A stretch of DNA of 64,000 nucleotides from positions 1-64,000 of the forward strand of contig JBHJJE010000084.1 of the NCBI GenBank assembly GCA_050042865.1. The letters are read 5' to 3'. Each line of letters opens with the position of its first letter. The stretch's first letter is position 1. This document shows positions 51,879-62,278 of the stretch, one piece after another. The notes beneath the pieces were generated by a model. That model had not been told where the DNA came from. It worked only from the letters and a program-made list of their open reading frames with translations, and ran no database searches. Made by a program: the position numbers and the translations under genes. The DNA comes from Mastigocoleus sp. (GTDB taxonomy: Bacteria; Cyanobacteriota; Cyanobacteriia; Cyanobacteriales; Nostocaceae).

Positions 51879-52082
51879 ATGCGTCTGAAAAGGTGGGAGT
51901 CCCCGCGTAAGCAAGGAAGAAACCGTAAAGGTAAAGGAGGTTCTGCTAGACAAAGACAGCTTAAAAAACGACAGCAGATGCTCATGCGGAAACTTAAAAA
52001 TAATGACAGTAGTAAATCCGGGGATACTAGCAAGCAAAATAATCAGAGGGAAGATAATTTATCTTCCCTCTTTTTTATTTAA
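51879..52082 (+). CDS. small highly basic (Lys/Arg-rich) hypothetical protein with SD and overlapping intrinsic terminator
   Basis: GTGAGG 6 nt before ATG; 67 aa, about 40% K/R/Q; 3' end overlaps hairpin AGAGGGAAGATAA/TTATCTTCCCTCT + TTTTTTATTT (52044..52085). Confidence 0.35.
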   Translation: MRLKRWESPRKQGRNRKGKGGSARQRQLKKRQQMLMRKLKNNDSSKSGDTSKQNNQREDNLSSLFFI

Positions 52083-52085
52083 TAC
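52044..52085 (+). terminator. Rho-independent terminator (12-bp stem + T-run)
   Basis: agagggaagataatttatcttccctcttttttatttaa. Confidence 0.65.
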
Positions 52086-52272
52086 TTTTAATATTAAGCA
52101 ATATATTTAATTTGAATTACATACAATTGATAATTTTTAAAAACTGCTCAGTCACAGATAATTAATTTTAAAAATAGAATTATATCAATAATAGGATAAT
52201 TAGTATTTATTAAGATATATTTGCCCTGAAACCGTAAATTGAGTGAAAAATAACGAAACGTAACTTTTATAA

Positions 52273-52750
52273 TTATGGATTTACATAACTTTCACCACGC
52301 ATAATTTTAAAAATATCTCTAACAACTTTATTGCGAATATAAATTAGATCCTGTGGATCTTCAAAATTACCTTTCTTCAATTTTAACTTTTCAAAATATG
52401 TATAAATCTTCTCACAATGACTTTCAATATGTCTTTTGTAGCGTTCTTGTCCGCAAGCATTCCCTAAAATTTGTTTGGTAGAACCATTAGATAACTTATC
52501 CAATAATCGATTAATCTCTTGTCAATCAATATTTAAACCATGTAAGTATAAAATAGATTTACAAGTAATAATCCAAATTTTTCCTGAATCTGCAAATTGT
52601 GTTAAACGATGAGGATACAATCCTTTGACGTCTTTATAGTATTTACCATCCTTACGTATCCTACCAATATTTTGAATAATTCCAATGTAAACGGAAAACG
52701 AAAAAGATATCAGAGCTAACCGTAAATATTTAAAAGCTAGCTTTTTTTAA
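52273..52750 (-). pseudogene. degraded ORF with internal TGA (weak GIY-YIG-like N-terminal signature SVYIGIIQN...GKYY...HRL)
   Basis: Same frame is open from 52750 to 52273 except one TGA (…HGLNID*QEINRLL…); no Met in the 5' piece; resemblance to GIY-YIG is weak. Confidence 0.3.
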
Positions 52751-54265
52751 ACCCAAATCAGCAGCTATGCGATGAGCACAAGCGAATCCAGAAAAAGCCA
52801 CTGCATTTAGACCTTGACCGGGAAAGGTACTATCTCCTACACAGTAAAGTCCTGGTATTTTAGTTCGATTAAATGGCATTTTTAATAAACCTGGTAGCTT
52901 TCTTTGGGGTATAGGACCATAGGTACCGTCTTCTCTACCCAAAAATTTACGGTGGGTTTTTGGAGTACCAATTTCTAAGTAATCTAAACCTGCATTTAAA
53001 CCAGGAAAAATTTTTTCTAGTCGGTCAATTATTTGTCCTGCAATATTTTCTTTTCTATTTGTATATTCCTTGGATGTTAATCCTTCCCAAGAATCTACCC
53101 AATCGGGAGTAAATGAATGAATTATATGTTTTCCTTCAGGTGCTAGACTAGAATCGAGTAAGGTTGGTATGGAAACAAAAAGAGTACCAAAGGGTGCTTC
53201 CATATCTTTCCAAGATTCCAAAAAAATATGATGGCAATCAGTTCTTTCTGTTATTACTTCAGCTCTCACACCCATGTGTAAACTGAGGAAACTGGGAGAT
53301 TTTTGGTAATTTTTTTGCCACTTATTTTGCCGCTTCTTTTCACGAATTGCAATTTTTTCTGGTGGTATTAATTTATCGAAGGTGTCCCAACGTGTAGCAT
53401 TAGAAACGATACGTTGAGCGTAGTATTGAGTACCATTTACTAATTTAACCCCTACCGCTCGACCCTCCTCTATTAAAATTCGCTGTACTTTGGCTTTGAA
53501 TTGAATATTACCTCCGGTACGAAGTAAACCTTCTACCAACTTTTGAGCAATTTTTCCTACTCCACCTTTGGGATAATTAACCCCTCCATAGTGTCGATCA
53601 GAAAATACCATCCCTGCATTTATCATCGGTGTCATGTTTGCAGGAACTACTGACCAACAGTAGCATTCTATATCAATAAATTTTAATAGTAGGGGGTCTT
53701 TGATATACTTTCTGGCAATATCACCGACATTTTGAGGTAAATACTTCAGTAATCCTAAACAAGCATTAGGATGATTTACAAAGGATTTGAATAAATATCG
53801 TGGTTCTTCGAGGGAAAGCAATTCCATCTGATTCAAACAGTTAAATACCTGCCAACATTCTCCATAAAATCTACGTATCCCTTTCTCTTCCTTGGGAAAG
53901 TATTCTATTAGTTCTTGTAAAAACTGTTGGTAATCTTTATGAACTTTAATATTTAAATCATCTGGAAGATGATAGTGAATCTGTACGGGGTCGGGAATGA
54001 CTTCTAAACTAGTATCAACAGCAGCAAGAGCACGACTAAGTAAATTAGTAGTTCCTTGTTGACCAAATCCAAATATCATGGATGCACCAACATCAAAGCG
54101 ATAGCCTTTTCTATCAAAATAGCCAGCACTACCGCCAGGGATGAGATACTTTTCTAATACAATAACTTTGGCACCTTTCGCAGCAAGTTGTGTTGCACTC
54201 ACTAAGCCACCGATACCAGAACCAACTACGATTACATCAAATTCATTAACATGAGTTTGAGGCAT
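52730..54265 (-). CDS. crtH: carotenoid (prolycopene) isomerase CrtH-like / phytoene-desaturase-family FAD oxidoreductase
   Basis: N-terminal FAD-binding fold FDVIVVGSGIGGLVSATQLAAKGAKVIVLEKYLIPGGSAGYF...FDVGASMIFGF typical of CrtISO/CrtH. Confidence 0.65.
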   Translation of the reverse strand: MPQTHVNEFDVIVVGSGIGGLVSATQLAAKGAKVIVLEKYLIPGGSAGYFDRKGYRFDVGASMIFGFGQQGTTNLLSRALAAVDTSLEVIPDPVQIHYHLPDDLNIKVHKDYQQFLQELIEYFPKEEKGIRRFYGECWQVFNCLNQMELLSLEEPRYLFKSFVNHPNACLGLLKYLPQNVGDIARKYIKDPLLLKFIDIECYCWSVVPANMTPMINAGMVFSDRHYGGVNYPKGGVGKIAQKLVEGLLRTGGNIQFKAKVQRILIEEGRAVGVKLVNGTQYYAQRIVSNATRWDTFDKLIPPEKIAIREKKRQNKWQKNYQKSPSFLSLHMGVRAEVITERTDCHHIFLESWKDMEAPFGTLFVSIPTLLDSSLAPEGKHIIHSFTPDWVDSWEGLTSKEYTNRKENIAGQIIDRLEKIFPGLNAGLDYLEIGTPKTHRKFLGREDGTYGPIPQRKLPGLLKMPFNRTKIPGLYCVGDSTFPGQGLNAVAFSGFACAHRIAADLGLKKASF

Positions 54266-54433
54266 AGATTCAATTACGATTTAACTCTCAAAGATTGTTT
54301 GATGCCGTTAGATTTTACATCATTTAGTGAGAAAACGGGAAATGGGAGTTAATTGACTAAAGTTTAATTGACTAAGTATTTTTTGACTAGATAATTAATT
54401 AGTTAGTTGGAAGTCAGTTTACTACCGTAACCT

Positions 54434-55900
54434 CTATTCAGATGCGATGGGTAAACTAATAGTGAATGTAGAACCTTCAGATAATTTACTTTTGACTGAA
54501 ATTGAACCACCACTACGCTGTAATAATTTCTGCACAATAGTTAAACCCAATCCTGCACCACCTGGATCTTCTGTGGTTGATGGACGCACTCTGTAAAAGC
54601 GTTCAAATATTTTGGGAATTTCATGATCTGCTATTCCTATACCCGTATCGCGGAATTCTAACTGAATAAAACCCCCGTGGAGTCTGCCACGTACCCATAC
54701 TTGACCACCTTTAGGTGTAAAATTAATACTGTTAGAAAGTAAGTGAATGACAATTTGCTTAAGTCCACTACTTACACACCATACTGCTGGTAATTCCATA
54801 GGGACGGTATACGCTAGCATGATGCCTTTTTCTTGAGCAATGGGTTGATAAGTACTTACCACACCTGGAACAATATCAGCCAGCTTTACAGCCTCTAAAG
54901 GTGTCTCTTCGATATTGCGCTCTATTTGAACTAATTCTAATACTCCACTAATCACAGAATTTTGGCGATCGCACTGGTTACTGAGCATTTCTAAATAGCG
55001 TTGTCGCTGGGGATTTTTCAGGGATGGAGAATTTAGTAAACTCAGTGCTGTTTTCATATGAGTTAGAGGTGTAGATAACTCCTGACATACATTACTGAGA
55101 TATTCGTCTTTTAGTTGTAAATCGTTGTCTAATTTCTGTGCATGTTGCTGTACTTTTAAAGCACGTTTTTTGGCTTTTTGTAGATTAATTTTATTTTGTT
55201 GCTGTAGCTGTTTGGCAAATAGTTTATCTATGAGAATTGGGTCTGGTGTAACGGGTAAATCATCTTCTATTTTTTTCGGGGGGATGTCGGACTCAATGGT
55301 GAATTGCTCAATTGCTTCTAAAATTGGTTGAATAACTCTAGATTCAAAAGTAGTTATACCTATAAGCTTTGGAATCTTTTTTACTTTAATAGTTTTACTG
55401 GTCTGGGGTTTTTTCTTCTGGAATGGTCGATAAGCCAAAATTAAACTACACCATTGTGGCGATAAAATTGCTACAAAATATTCTCTTTTCAATTTTCGCA
55501 CTTGCTGGTACTGAAAATTAAATCGATCGAAATTTCCACTGTATTGAGGGGAATTAGATAAAGAATTAAAGCGGTCGAGACTAATATTTATATCTGTTGT
55601 ATTGCTCAGATTATTACTATTAGCTGGTTCTAAGCAAGTATTTTTATCTGCGTTTAAATAGCAAACAACTTGAGAACCCCCAGACCAAGAGTGGTAGCGT
55701 TGCACTTGGGAAAACCAAAGTTTTCCTGGTGGTAGCTTAACCCACAAAGTTGCTCTAATTTCTTGCTCGATTAAAAAGTCAATTTGTGACTTCAATAAGG
55801 ACAGTAATGTCGCAGCACTTAGAGATGATACAGAAGGAGGATTTTCTATACCTAAAGCCAATTGATATAAAGATTTCTTTTGAGTTAAAGACACTTTCAT
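54434..55900 (-). CDS. sensor histidine kinase (soluble N-terminal domain of unknown type + HisKA + HATPase_c)
   Basis: H-box ELSTPLTHMKTALSLL, N-box/G-boxes HLLSNSINFTPKGG, FRDTGIGI, GGAGLGLTIV. Confidence 0.85.
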   Translation of the reverse strand: MKVSLTQKKSLYQLALGIENPPSVSSLSAATLLSLLKSQIDFLIEQEIRATLWVKLPPGKLWFSQVQRYHSWSGGSQVVCYLNADKNTCLEPANSNNLSNTTDINISLDRFNSLSNSPQYSGNFDRFNFQYQQVRKLKREYFVAILSPQWCSLILAYRPFQKKKPQTSKTIKVKKIPKLIGITTFESRVIQPILEAIEQFTIESDIPPKKIEDDLPVTPDPILIDKLFAKQLQQQNKINLQKAKKRALKVQQHAQKLDNDLQLKDEYLSNVCQELSTPLTHMKTALSLLNSPSLKNPQRQRYLEMLSNQCDRQNSVISGVLELVQIERNIEETPLEAVKLADIVPGVVSTYQPIAQEKGIMLAYTVPMELPAVWCVSSGLKQIVIHLLSNSINFTPKGGQVWVRGRLHGGFIQLEFRDTGIGIADHEIPKIFERFYRVRPSTTEDPGGAGLGLTIVQKLLQRSGGSISVKSKLSEGSTFTISLPIASE

Positions 55901-56022
55901 GAGTTAAGCGCAAACAATTGCAACAAAGAGAATTAAGGTAAAAATAATACTCTCTTATCTTTTTACACTTAAGTGACGAATTTTACAAAGATTATCTGAA
56001 AAATTTGGAGGTGTGGAAAGAT

Positions 56023-56060
56023 GAGTGGTGAGTGGTGAGTGGTGAAGGGGGAGTGGGGAA
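56023..56060. repeat. GAGTGGT heptamer tandem repeat (x3-4) + G-rich tract
   Basis: gagtggtgagtggtgagtggtgaagggggagtgggg. Confidence 0.8.
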
Positions 56061-56123
56061 TTAATTTTGAATTGTGAATTAATTAATCCCCTACCTTCTG
56101 ACAAATAAACTATGTTTGGAAAA

Positions 56124-57623
56124 TTATGCTTGGACTTGCATTCTTGCTTTTAGTGCTTCTTCTGCGTGTTCTCTATCGTCAAAGTGGATTTTTTCTGTGC
56201 CGAGAATTTGGTAGTCTTCGTGTCCTTTCCCTGCAATTAGTATGCCATCTCCTGGTTTCGCTTGGATTATGGCTTCGCGGATTGCTTGTGCGCGATCGCA
56301 AATTACTTTGGGGTTAATTGTGTCTGGTATTCCCTGGAGAACGTCTTCTAAAATTTTTTCAGGGTCTTCGGTACGGGGATTATCTGATGTGACTACAGCG
56401 ATGTCAGATAATTCGGCGGCAATTTTACCCATTTTTGGACGTTTGGTGCGGTCTCTGTCTCCACCACAACCGAAGACGCAAATCATGTTTCCTTTGATGA
56501 ATGGACGGGATGCTTTGAGTAAGTTTTCTAAGCTGTCGGGGGTATGAGCATAGTCTACAATGACGCTGATATCTTGCTTGGGATTAATTTGTACTCTTTC
56601 CATGCGTCCTGGGACTCCAGGGAAGTTGGTAATGGCTTTTGCTACTGAGTTTAAGTCTAAGCCAAGTTGGAGTACTGCTCCGACTGCTGCAAGTAGGTTT
56701 TCTAGGTTATATTGACCGACTAGGGGAGAATTAAAGTCAATTTCACCTCTGGGGGTATGTAGTTTACCGCTTATACCATTAGGCTGATAGTTTAGTTCGC
56801 TCATCCACAAATCAGCAGAGCTATTTTGAGTGCTGTAACTCCAAACTTTATCTGTTTGTAGGGATGCAATTAGTTTTTGACCGTAAGCATCATCAGCATT
56901 AATGATGGCTGTACCTGTTAAATATTCTGGACTGAATAACAATGCTTTTGCGGCAAAGTAATCATCCATATCTTTGTGGTAATCTAAATGGTCTTGGGTA
57001 AGGTTACTAAATACTGCCACATCAAATTTACAGCCTAATACTCTTCCCTGTGCTAGAGCATGGGAACTGACTTCCATGATTCCGTATTCATTTCCGGCAT
57101 CGATTGCTGCTGCTAATTGCTTTTGTAATTCTACAGCAAAGGGTGTGGTGTGTACTGCCGTCTCAGAAAAACCTTTCCATCGAGTATACAGTGTGCCCAT
57201 CAAAGCTGTTTCTAACTGAGCCTGATGCAGTAAATATTCAATTAAGTGACTAGTTGTGGTCTTACCATTGGTTCCAGTAACTCCTACCAACTTTAATTTA
57301 TGTCCCGGATACCCATAGAAATTAGCTGCAACTTGGGCACAGACTTGGGGCATATCATTGGCATTTAAGACGCAATCTTCGGCTGTTGGAGGGTGATTCT
57401 GGGCTGCCTGTGGTGATACTATCGCAGCGATCGCTCCTGCTTGAATTGCACTTTCCCAAAAATCTCCACCATCAACTCGTGTTCCTGGCATTCCGATGAA
57501 TAAATCTCCTGGTTGTGCACCATGAGAATTTGTAGTCAGACCTTTTACTTCTATATCCATTTTAGAATCGAGTGGTAAATTAATAATTCCTTTTACCCCT
57601 GTTAGCAAATCACGCAGTTTCAT
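56124..57623 (-). CDS. murE: UDP-N-acetylmuramoyl-L-alanyl-D-glutamate--2,6-diaminopimelate ligase (MurE)
   Basis: Mur ligase P-loop VGVTGTNGKTTTSHL, central and C-terminal Mur ligase domains (DYAHTPDSL, GGDRD). Confidence 0.92.
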   Translation of the reverse strand: MKLRDLLTGVKGIINLPLDSKMDIEVKGLTTNSHGAQPGDLFIGMPGTRVDGGDFWESAIQAGAIAAIVSPQAAQNHPPTAEDCVLNANDMPQVCAQVAANFYGYPGHKLKLVGVTGTNGKTTTSHLIEYLLHQAQLETALMGTLYTRWKGFSETAVHTTPFAVELQKQLAAAIDAGNEYGIMEVSSHALAQGRVLGCKFDVAVFSNLTQDHLDYHKDMDDYFAAKALLFSPEYLTGTAIINADDAYGQKLIASLQTDKVWSYSTQNSSADLWMSELNYQPNGISGKLHTPRGEIDFNSPLVGQYNLENLLAAVGAVLQLGLDLNSVAKAITNFPGVPGRMERVQINPKQDISVIVDYAHTPDSLENLLKASRPFIKGNMICVFGCGGDRDRTKRPKMGKIAAELSDIAVVTSDNPRTEDPEKILEDVLQGIPDTINPKVICDRAQAIREAIIQAKPGDGILIAGKGHEDYQILGTEKIHFDDREHAEEALKARMQVQA

Positions 57624-57689
57624 TGTGTCAACCTCAACACGCGCACATCTTGCGCCTATTCTGCACTATTTTTCTCTATATACAAATAC

Positions 57690-57950
57690 CTAAATATACT
57701 TCTGGATAATTTTTTCTAATTGTCCGACGCTTGCACGGGGGGATGGACGTTTAATCATTTCTAATTTGTCTTCTGTTTCATTCTTAATGAACAAAACTGG
57801 GACTTCATATTGGTAAGCTGCAAACCAATCTTCACGAGTGGTAATATCTCGAATTTCTAAGTCAAATTTAATGTTGGTTATTTCTTCGAGTTTTTCTTGT
57901 AAACCTTCACATAAATGACATCCTGGTTTACTGTATAAGACTAATTGCAT
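57690..57950 (-). CDS. glutaredoxin-like protein (DUF836/YruB family, CxxC)
   Basis: LVLYSKPGCHLCEGLQEKL thioredoxin-fold CxxC start. Confidence 0.7.
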   Translation of the reverse strand: MQLVLYSKPGCHLCEGLQEKLEEITNIKFDLEIRDITTREDWFAAYQYEVPVLFIKNETEDKLEMIKRPSPRASVGQLEKIIQKYI

Positions 57951-58311
57951 TTGTTATCTTTTCCTGACAATTTGATTGTTTTTTGTTGCTGTACTCATAT
58001 TTATACGAGTTGAAAAACTATATTTTACCTGGGATATGGCAGGAGAGTTTAGCAGTGCATTAAGTTGCGTATTTTTAATAAACAACTTAATGCACAACAG
58101 CAAGGAAGAGCCGAAATAGGGACAAGATTTATAGCCATTAATCAATGCCAAATGAATATATAAGTTAAATGCATAGCAGCTTATTGGGCATTTGATTTAA
58201 TTATTTATTAAATATTATTCAAATATTTTTCAATTTTTGAATAAAAATAATTTTTTTCATAAATTTCTAAAAATTAAATAATATTAAATTGTATGAAAAT
58301 CGAAGCAAAAC

Positions 58312-59397
58312 TTAGATTAAGATACCCAACCTATGCTGCAATTCTTGATCATATTTCGCTAGTCGCCAGTTTGTGGCTGATTTTAACTGTTCTGGTGTCA
58401 AATTAACTGCTCCGGTAAAGTCAACATTCTTGATATTCGCTTGATTTAAATTAGCATCTAGTAGGGATGCATACTGTAAACAAGCACCTTCAAGTTGTGC
58501 TCCAGCCAAATCGCTACCTTCAAGTTGAGCAAAACTCAAATTAGCATCACCCATAAATGCTCCCTCTAACATAGAACCATTCAAATTTGCATAGTTTAAC
58601 TTGGCATCTTTGAGATTAACATTACCCATATCAGTACTGCTCAGGTCCGCATAAGAAAGGTTAGCACGGAGTAAATTTGCTCCCTCCAACTGTGCAGAGT
58701 TAAGATTGGCATAGGTGAGATTAGCTTCCCTGAGACTGGCACGACTTAAGTTCGTACCCTCTAATTGAGCATCACAAAGATTTGCTTCCTTGAGATTGGC
58801 ATAAGTCATATTAGTACGGCTTAAATCTGCAAAGTTTAACTGAGCATTAGCAAGATAAATTTCACTTAAATAAGCACCTGGTACATCCAAACCTTTAAGG
58901 GATACGCCATACTTATTCAAATCTTGTAATGCTTTGACTCTAGCAAAGCTGGTCGATACATTAGCTGAAGCGGCATTATCAATAACCTGCCATGCCTCAT
59001 AGATACTATTACGTCTGCGTTCTCTACTTTCTAATAGAAATAAAGTAGCTGCTGCTAAGATACTGAACCCTTCTATATTTTCAAGTGTAATTACCGTTGA
59101 TAGCTGTTTATAAAAACACTCAATTTTAGAATCTTCTACTCCACAGACAAAATTCTGTCGATTCCACTGCTCTATTTGGGAAACACTCAACATTAAAATA
59201 TAAGCGATCGCAATTGCTAAGAAAACGCGAAACCAAACTACATCAAGAAGGTTTTTCAGATTTTCTCTAATTTTTCTAACAAATTTCCAGGGATAAATCA
59301 TATATCTTACGTTCGTCAAAACAATAAGAGAGCTTTGACGCAGTACGCAAAAGATAATATCAAAAATATCAAATAATTCACTAATGGTATGCAACAA
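58312..59397 (-). CDS. pentapeptide-repeat protein with N-terminal transmembrane region
   Basis: Long run of A(N/D)LxxAxLxx pentapeptides (ANLSYADLSSTDMGNVNLKDAKLNYANLNGS...). Confidence 0.85.
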   Translation of the reverse strand: MLHTISELFDIFDIIFCVLRQSSLIVLTNVRYMIYPWKFVRKIRENLKNLLDVVWFRVFLAIAIAYILMLSVSQIEQWNRQNFVCGVEDSKIECFYKQLSTVITLENIEGFSILAAATLFLLESRERRRNSIYEAWQVIDNAASANVSTSFARVKALQDLNKYGVSLKGLDVPGAYLSEIYLANAQLNFADLSRTNMTYANLKEANLCDAQLEGTNLSRASLREANLTYANLNSAQLEGANLLRANLSYADLSSTDMGNVNLKDAKLNYANLNGSMLEGAFMGDANLSFAQLEGSDLAGAQLEGACLQYASLLDANLNQANIKNVDFTGAVNLTPEQLKSATNWRLAKYDQELQHRLGILI

Positions 59398-59445
59398 TAA
59401 GTAATTTTTGATTACGACCCATTCGTGAATGATTAAATTGAATCA

Positions 59446-60264
59446 CTAAATTTGAGCAAGTAAAGCATCCCAGTCAATCGCTGATGGACGTTTACCTTGA
59501 TTGACTACTTCAAAGGCTTTATTTTCACAGTTAGGATTGTATAAAGACTTTACACAAACATTTGCCACATCAATTCGACTCGTTTGACCAGTTAAAGTAT
59601 CACCCGTACCAACAACTATATCCAACTTCCCATCAGTTGTGGCTCGCGTTAAAGTATTTAGGTCATAAGATGTATAAGGACCATCTATCAAGCGTCCTGG
59701 ACGGACTATGGTGTAGGGTATACCTGAATTGATAATCGACTGTTCCCCTTTTTCTTTTGCATCTAATACCCCAAAAGCATTTAATAAGGAATAGGGAAAT
59801 TGGTCTTTGCGCTTTACCCCACAAGAAGAGACAAAGACAAACCTTTTCAGGTTATTTGGTACTGCTGAGACTAAGTTACTTACAGCTTTTGCATCAACTT
59901 CATCAGGACTATTTTTAGCTTGTGCGATTAAATCCCTATCTTGAAAAATTACTCCGATCCATTCCAACGGGTTGAGTTCCTTGTCAAATTCCCATCTTGT
60001 AGAAGGAAAAGCAGTTGTTCCCACACAGCAAATAATATGGGTAACATCGGATATAAGTGCAGGTAAGTTATCTGATTGACGTAAATCGCTGACAACAATA
60101 TCTACACTGTCAGAAAACATATTTCTAGCTTTCTGGGCACTACGAGTTAATACCTTTACTCTACTCCCTTGATTCAACAGTTTGCTTACAACTAGTTGAC
60201 CAACCCCACCGGTTGCACCTACGACCATTACTAAATCTTCAATCGATACATCTGTATTACTCAT
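59446..60264 (-). CDS. NAD(P)-binding Rossmann-fold oxidoreductase (NmrA/atypical-SDR, Ycf39-like)
   Basis: VMVVGATGGVGQLVVSKLL (TGxxGxxG), no classic YxxxK in expected position, so atypical-SDR class. Confidence 0.7.
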   Translation of the reverse strand: MSNTDVSIEDLVMVVGATGGVGQLVVSKLLNQGSRVKVLTRSAQKARNMFSDSVDIVVSDLRQSDNLPALISDVTHIICCVGTTAFPSTRWEFDKELNPLEWIGVIFQDRDLIAQAKNSPDEVDAKAVSNLVSAVPNNLKRFVFVSSCGVKRKDQFPYSLLNAFGVLDAKEKGEQSIINSGIPYTIVRPGRLIDGPYTSYDLNTLTRATTDGKLDIVVGTGDTLTGQTSRIDVANVCVKSLYNPNCENKAFEVVNQGKRPSAIDWDALLAQI

Positions 60265-60420
60265 GAATTCACCTGGGATATCTATTTTAACTAGAAATGT
60301 GGATTGAATAAAGTAAGGTGATAGAAACTACAATTACAAACTCTAATTACCTGCCTCACATTAGTGTAAAGCTGTTTAACTACCTGGGGCAATCAAGTTT
60401 TCTTCTCAGTCTGGGGCTAA

Positions 60421-60452
60421 AACGCCAAAACCCAGCCAAAATGGCTGGGTTT
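60421..60452 (-). terminator. strong hairpin (AAACCCAGCC-aaaat-GGCTGGGTTT) with T-rich tail on the minus strand, no obvious gene to terminate
   Basis: Perfect 10-bp stem; minus-strand reading gives ...GGCTGGGTTTTGGCGTTTT. Confidence 0.4.
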
Positions 60453-60782
60453 GAAATAATATGGCATGGGACTATAGTTTCCCTATTTTAGATATAGAAA
60501 GTTAGATATAATTTGTAACGCTAATAATGATTACAATCTAGGGGTAATTGTTTCCGGAAATATTTCAAAAATCATCTCGTCTGTTGATAATATCGATACA
60601 AGATCTCTATGGGAATTAAAATATAAATCCTGCTCATGTTACAAACCCGTAAAAAAATATACTTTTACTCTTGTATCTAGATGAAGTAATAATTACAGCT
60701 ATTGAGCTTATTAAGTGCTTACTTTAATTAAGATAGCCATAATAGAATACATTTAAAAATACTTATATAATCACTAATCAAA

Positions 60783-61226
60783 ATGAAGCAAGTATTATTT
60801 CTTTGTACGGGGAATTACTATCGTAGTCGATTTGCCGAACATCTTTTTAATTGGTTTGCGACTCAAAAGGGATTGAATTGGAATGCTGATTCTAAGGGTT
60901 TAGCTTTGGAAAGGGGTGTGAATAATGTCGGTGCAATATCACCCTATGCAAAAGAAGCGATCGCTGAGCGAGGAATTAATACAGTTACACCACAGGAGCG
61001 TTACCCACAGTCGTTAATGGAGAAGGATTTCCAAGGTGCAAATATGGTTATTGCTTTGGATGAGTCTGAACATTTACCATTAATGCAAGAGCGTTTCCCT
61101 AATCATGCTGATAGTATTATTTATTGGTTGGTACATGATATTGATAAAACCAAGCCTGAAGTTGCTTTAAAAGAAATAGAGAAGAAGGTTTTTGGACTAA
61201 TAGAAGATTTAGTTATAAATATTTAA
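60783..61226 (+). CDS. low-molecular-weight protein-tyrosine phosphatase family protein (P-loop CTGNYYRS)
   Basis: VLFLCTGNYYRSRFAE = CX5R(S) P-loop; C-terminal DP-like region; second P-loop Cys replaced by Tyr. Confidence 0.65.
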   Translation: MKQVLFLCTGNYYRSRFAEHLFNWFATQKGLNWNADSKGLALERGVNNVGAISPYAKEAIAERGINTVTPQERYPQSLMEKDFQGANMVIALDESEHLPLMQERFPNHADSIIYWLVHDIDKTKPEVALKEIEKKVFGLIEDLVINI

Positions 61227-61413
61227 TGAGTTTATTTTAATAAGTTCATATAGTTTGATTTTTCTGCTTTCAAGTTGAAAAATTAGGGAAATTTAGGAAA
61301 AATTAGGGAAAATGTTTATTTAGATTTATTTGGAAATAGTTGGAACATTAAATCTAAAATTATAGTCCTAAATCTTTGGTGTTTCAGGATGCTTTCTTGC
61401 AGAAAAATTTAAT

Positions 61414-62073
61414 ATGATAAAGCAAGTAATATTTTGTTCTGCCTTAACTTGCCCATTATGGTTGATGACACCAATTATGGCAGGTAATAATACTGCTAAT
61501 AGTACTGCTAATAGTACTGCTCATAATAGTAATAATAGTGATTATAATACTACTTCTACTACTATTTACTTGATGAATGGAATATCATTTTCGGATGTTT
61601 CTAAAAACCATTGGGCTTATAATGCAGTAAAAAAATTATCTTCATCTCAGTCATCAAATCAAATGTCTCTACCTGCAAATAATGTGGAAGGAATTCCTAC
61701 ACAGATTACAATTGAAGGAAGAACTTATAGCATGAAAAGCTATATTTGGCGGGATTTTATGCCTATCAGTCCTTCGTCGGGTAAGGGAATGATTGCGAGC
61801 ATCAGACTAATAGCACAAGACGATAATCCTATACCGTCAAATCTTGTACCGGATAAACTATGGATAATTAACCCTAATCAAGATGAAGTGTGGGAAACAG
61901 CTTTTAGCGACGAACCCAGATTTTCTCCGGGGACTGTAGAAATAGTTGCTAGAGGAGGTCCAAAATGGGAACCTGGTATAATGGTTGATGTAGTTATCAG
62001 AATACCTTCTAATGATAACGGAGATACTTACTTTTTAAGACTTCCTAATCAAACTATTCAACGCACTAGTTAA
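61414..62073 (+). CDS. secreted hypothetical protein (signal peptide, N/S/T-rich linker)
   Basis: ORF with hydrophobic N-terminus and ...MAGNNTANSTANSTAH repeat. Confidence 0.4.
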   Translation: MIKQVIFCSALTCPLWLMTPIMAGNNTANSTANSTAHNSNNSDYNTTSTTIYLMNGISFSDVSKNHWAYNAVKKLSSSQSSNQMSLPANNVEGIPTQITIEGRTYSMKSYIWRDFMPISPSSGKGMIASIRLIAQDDNPIPSNLVPDKLWIINPNQDEVWETAFSDEPRFSPGTVEIVARGGPKWEPGIMVDVVIRIPSNDNGDTYFLRLPNQTIQRTS

Positions 62074-62278
62074 TTAAGCAGACTACATCATAAACCGCCT
62101 AGGATTGAAACTACTAGTCTAATAGTCAAAGTCCTCTAAAAGAGGACTAATTAAGTAATGAAAAAAGCAGTTACAAAAATTACTTAATATTGTTTTTTTA
62201 GCTATTTCTGCTTATAGATGCAATATAGAAATTAACCTCCAGGAGTCCGGATATAAGCCCAGAGGAATACAGAGTTTT

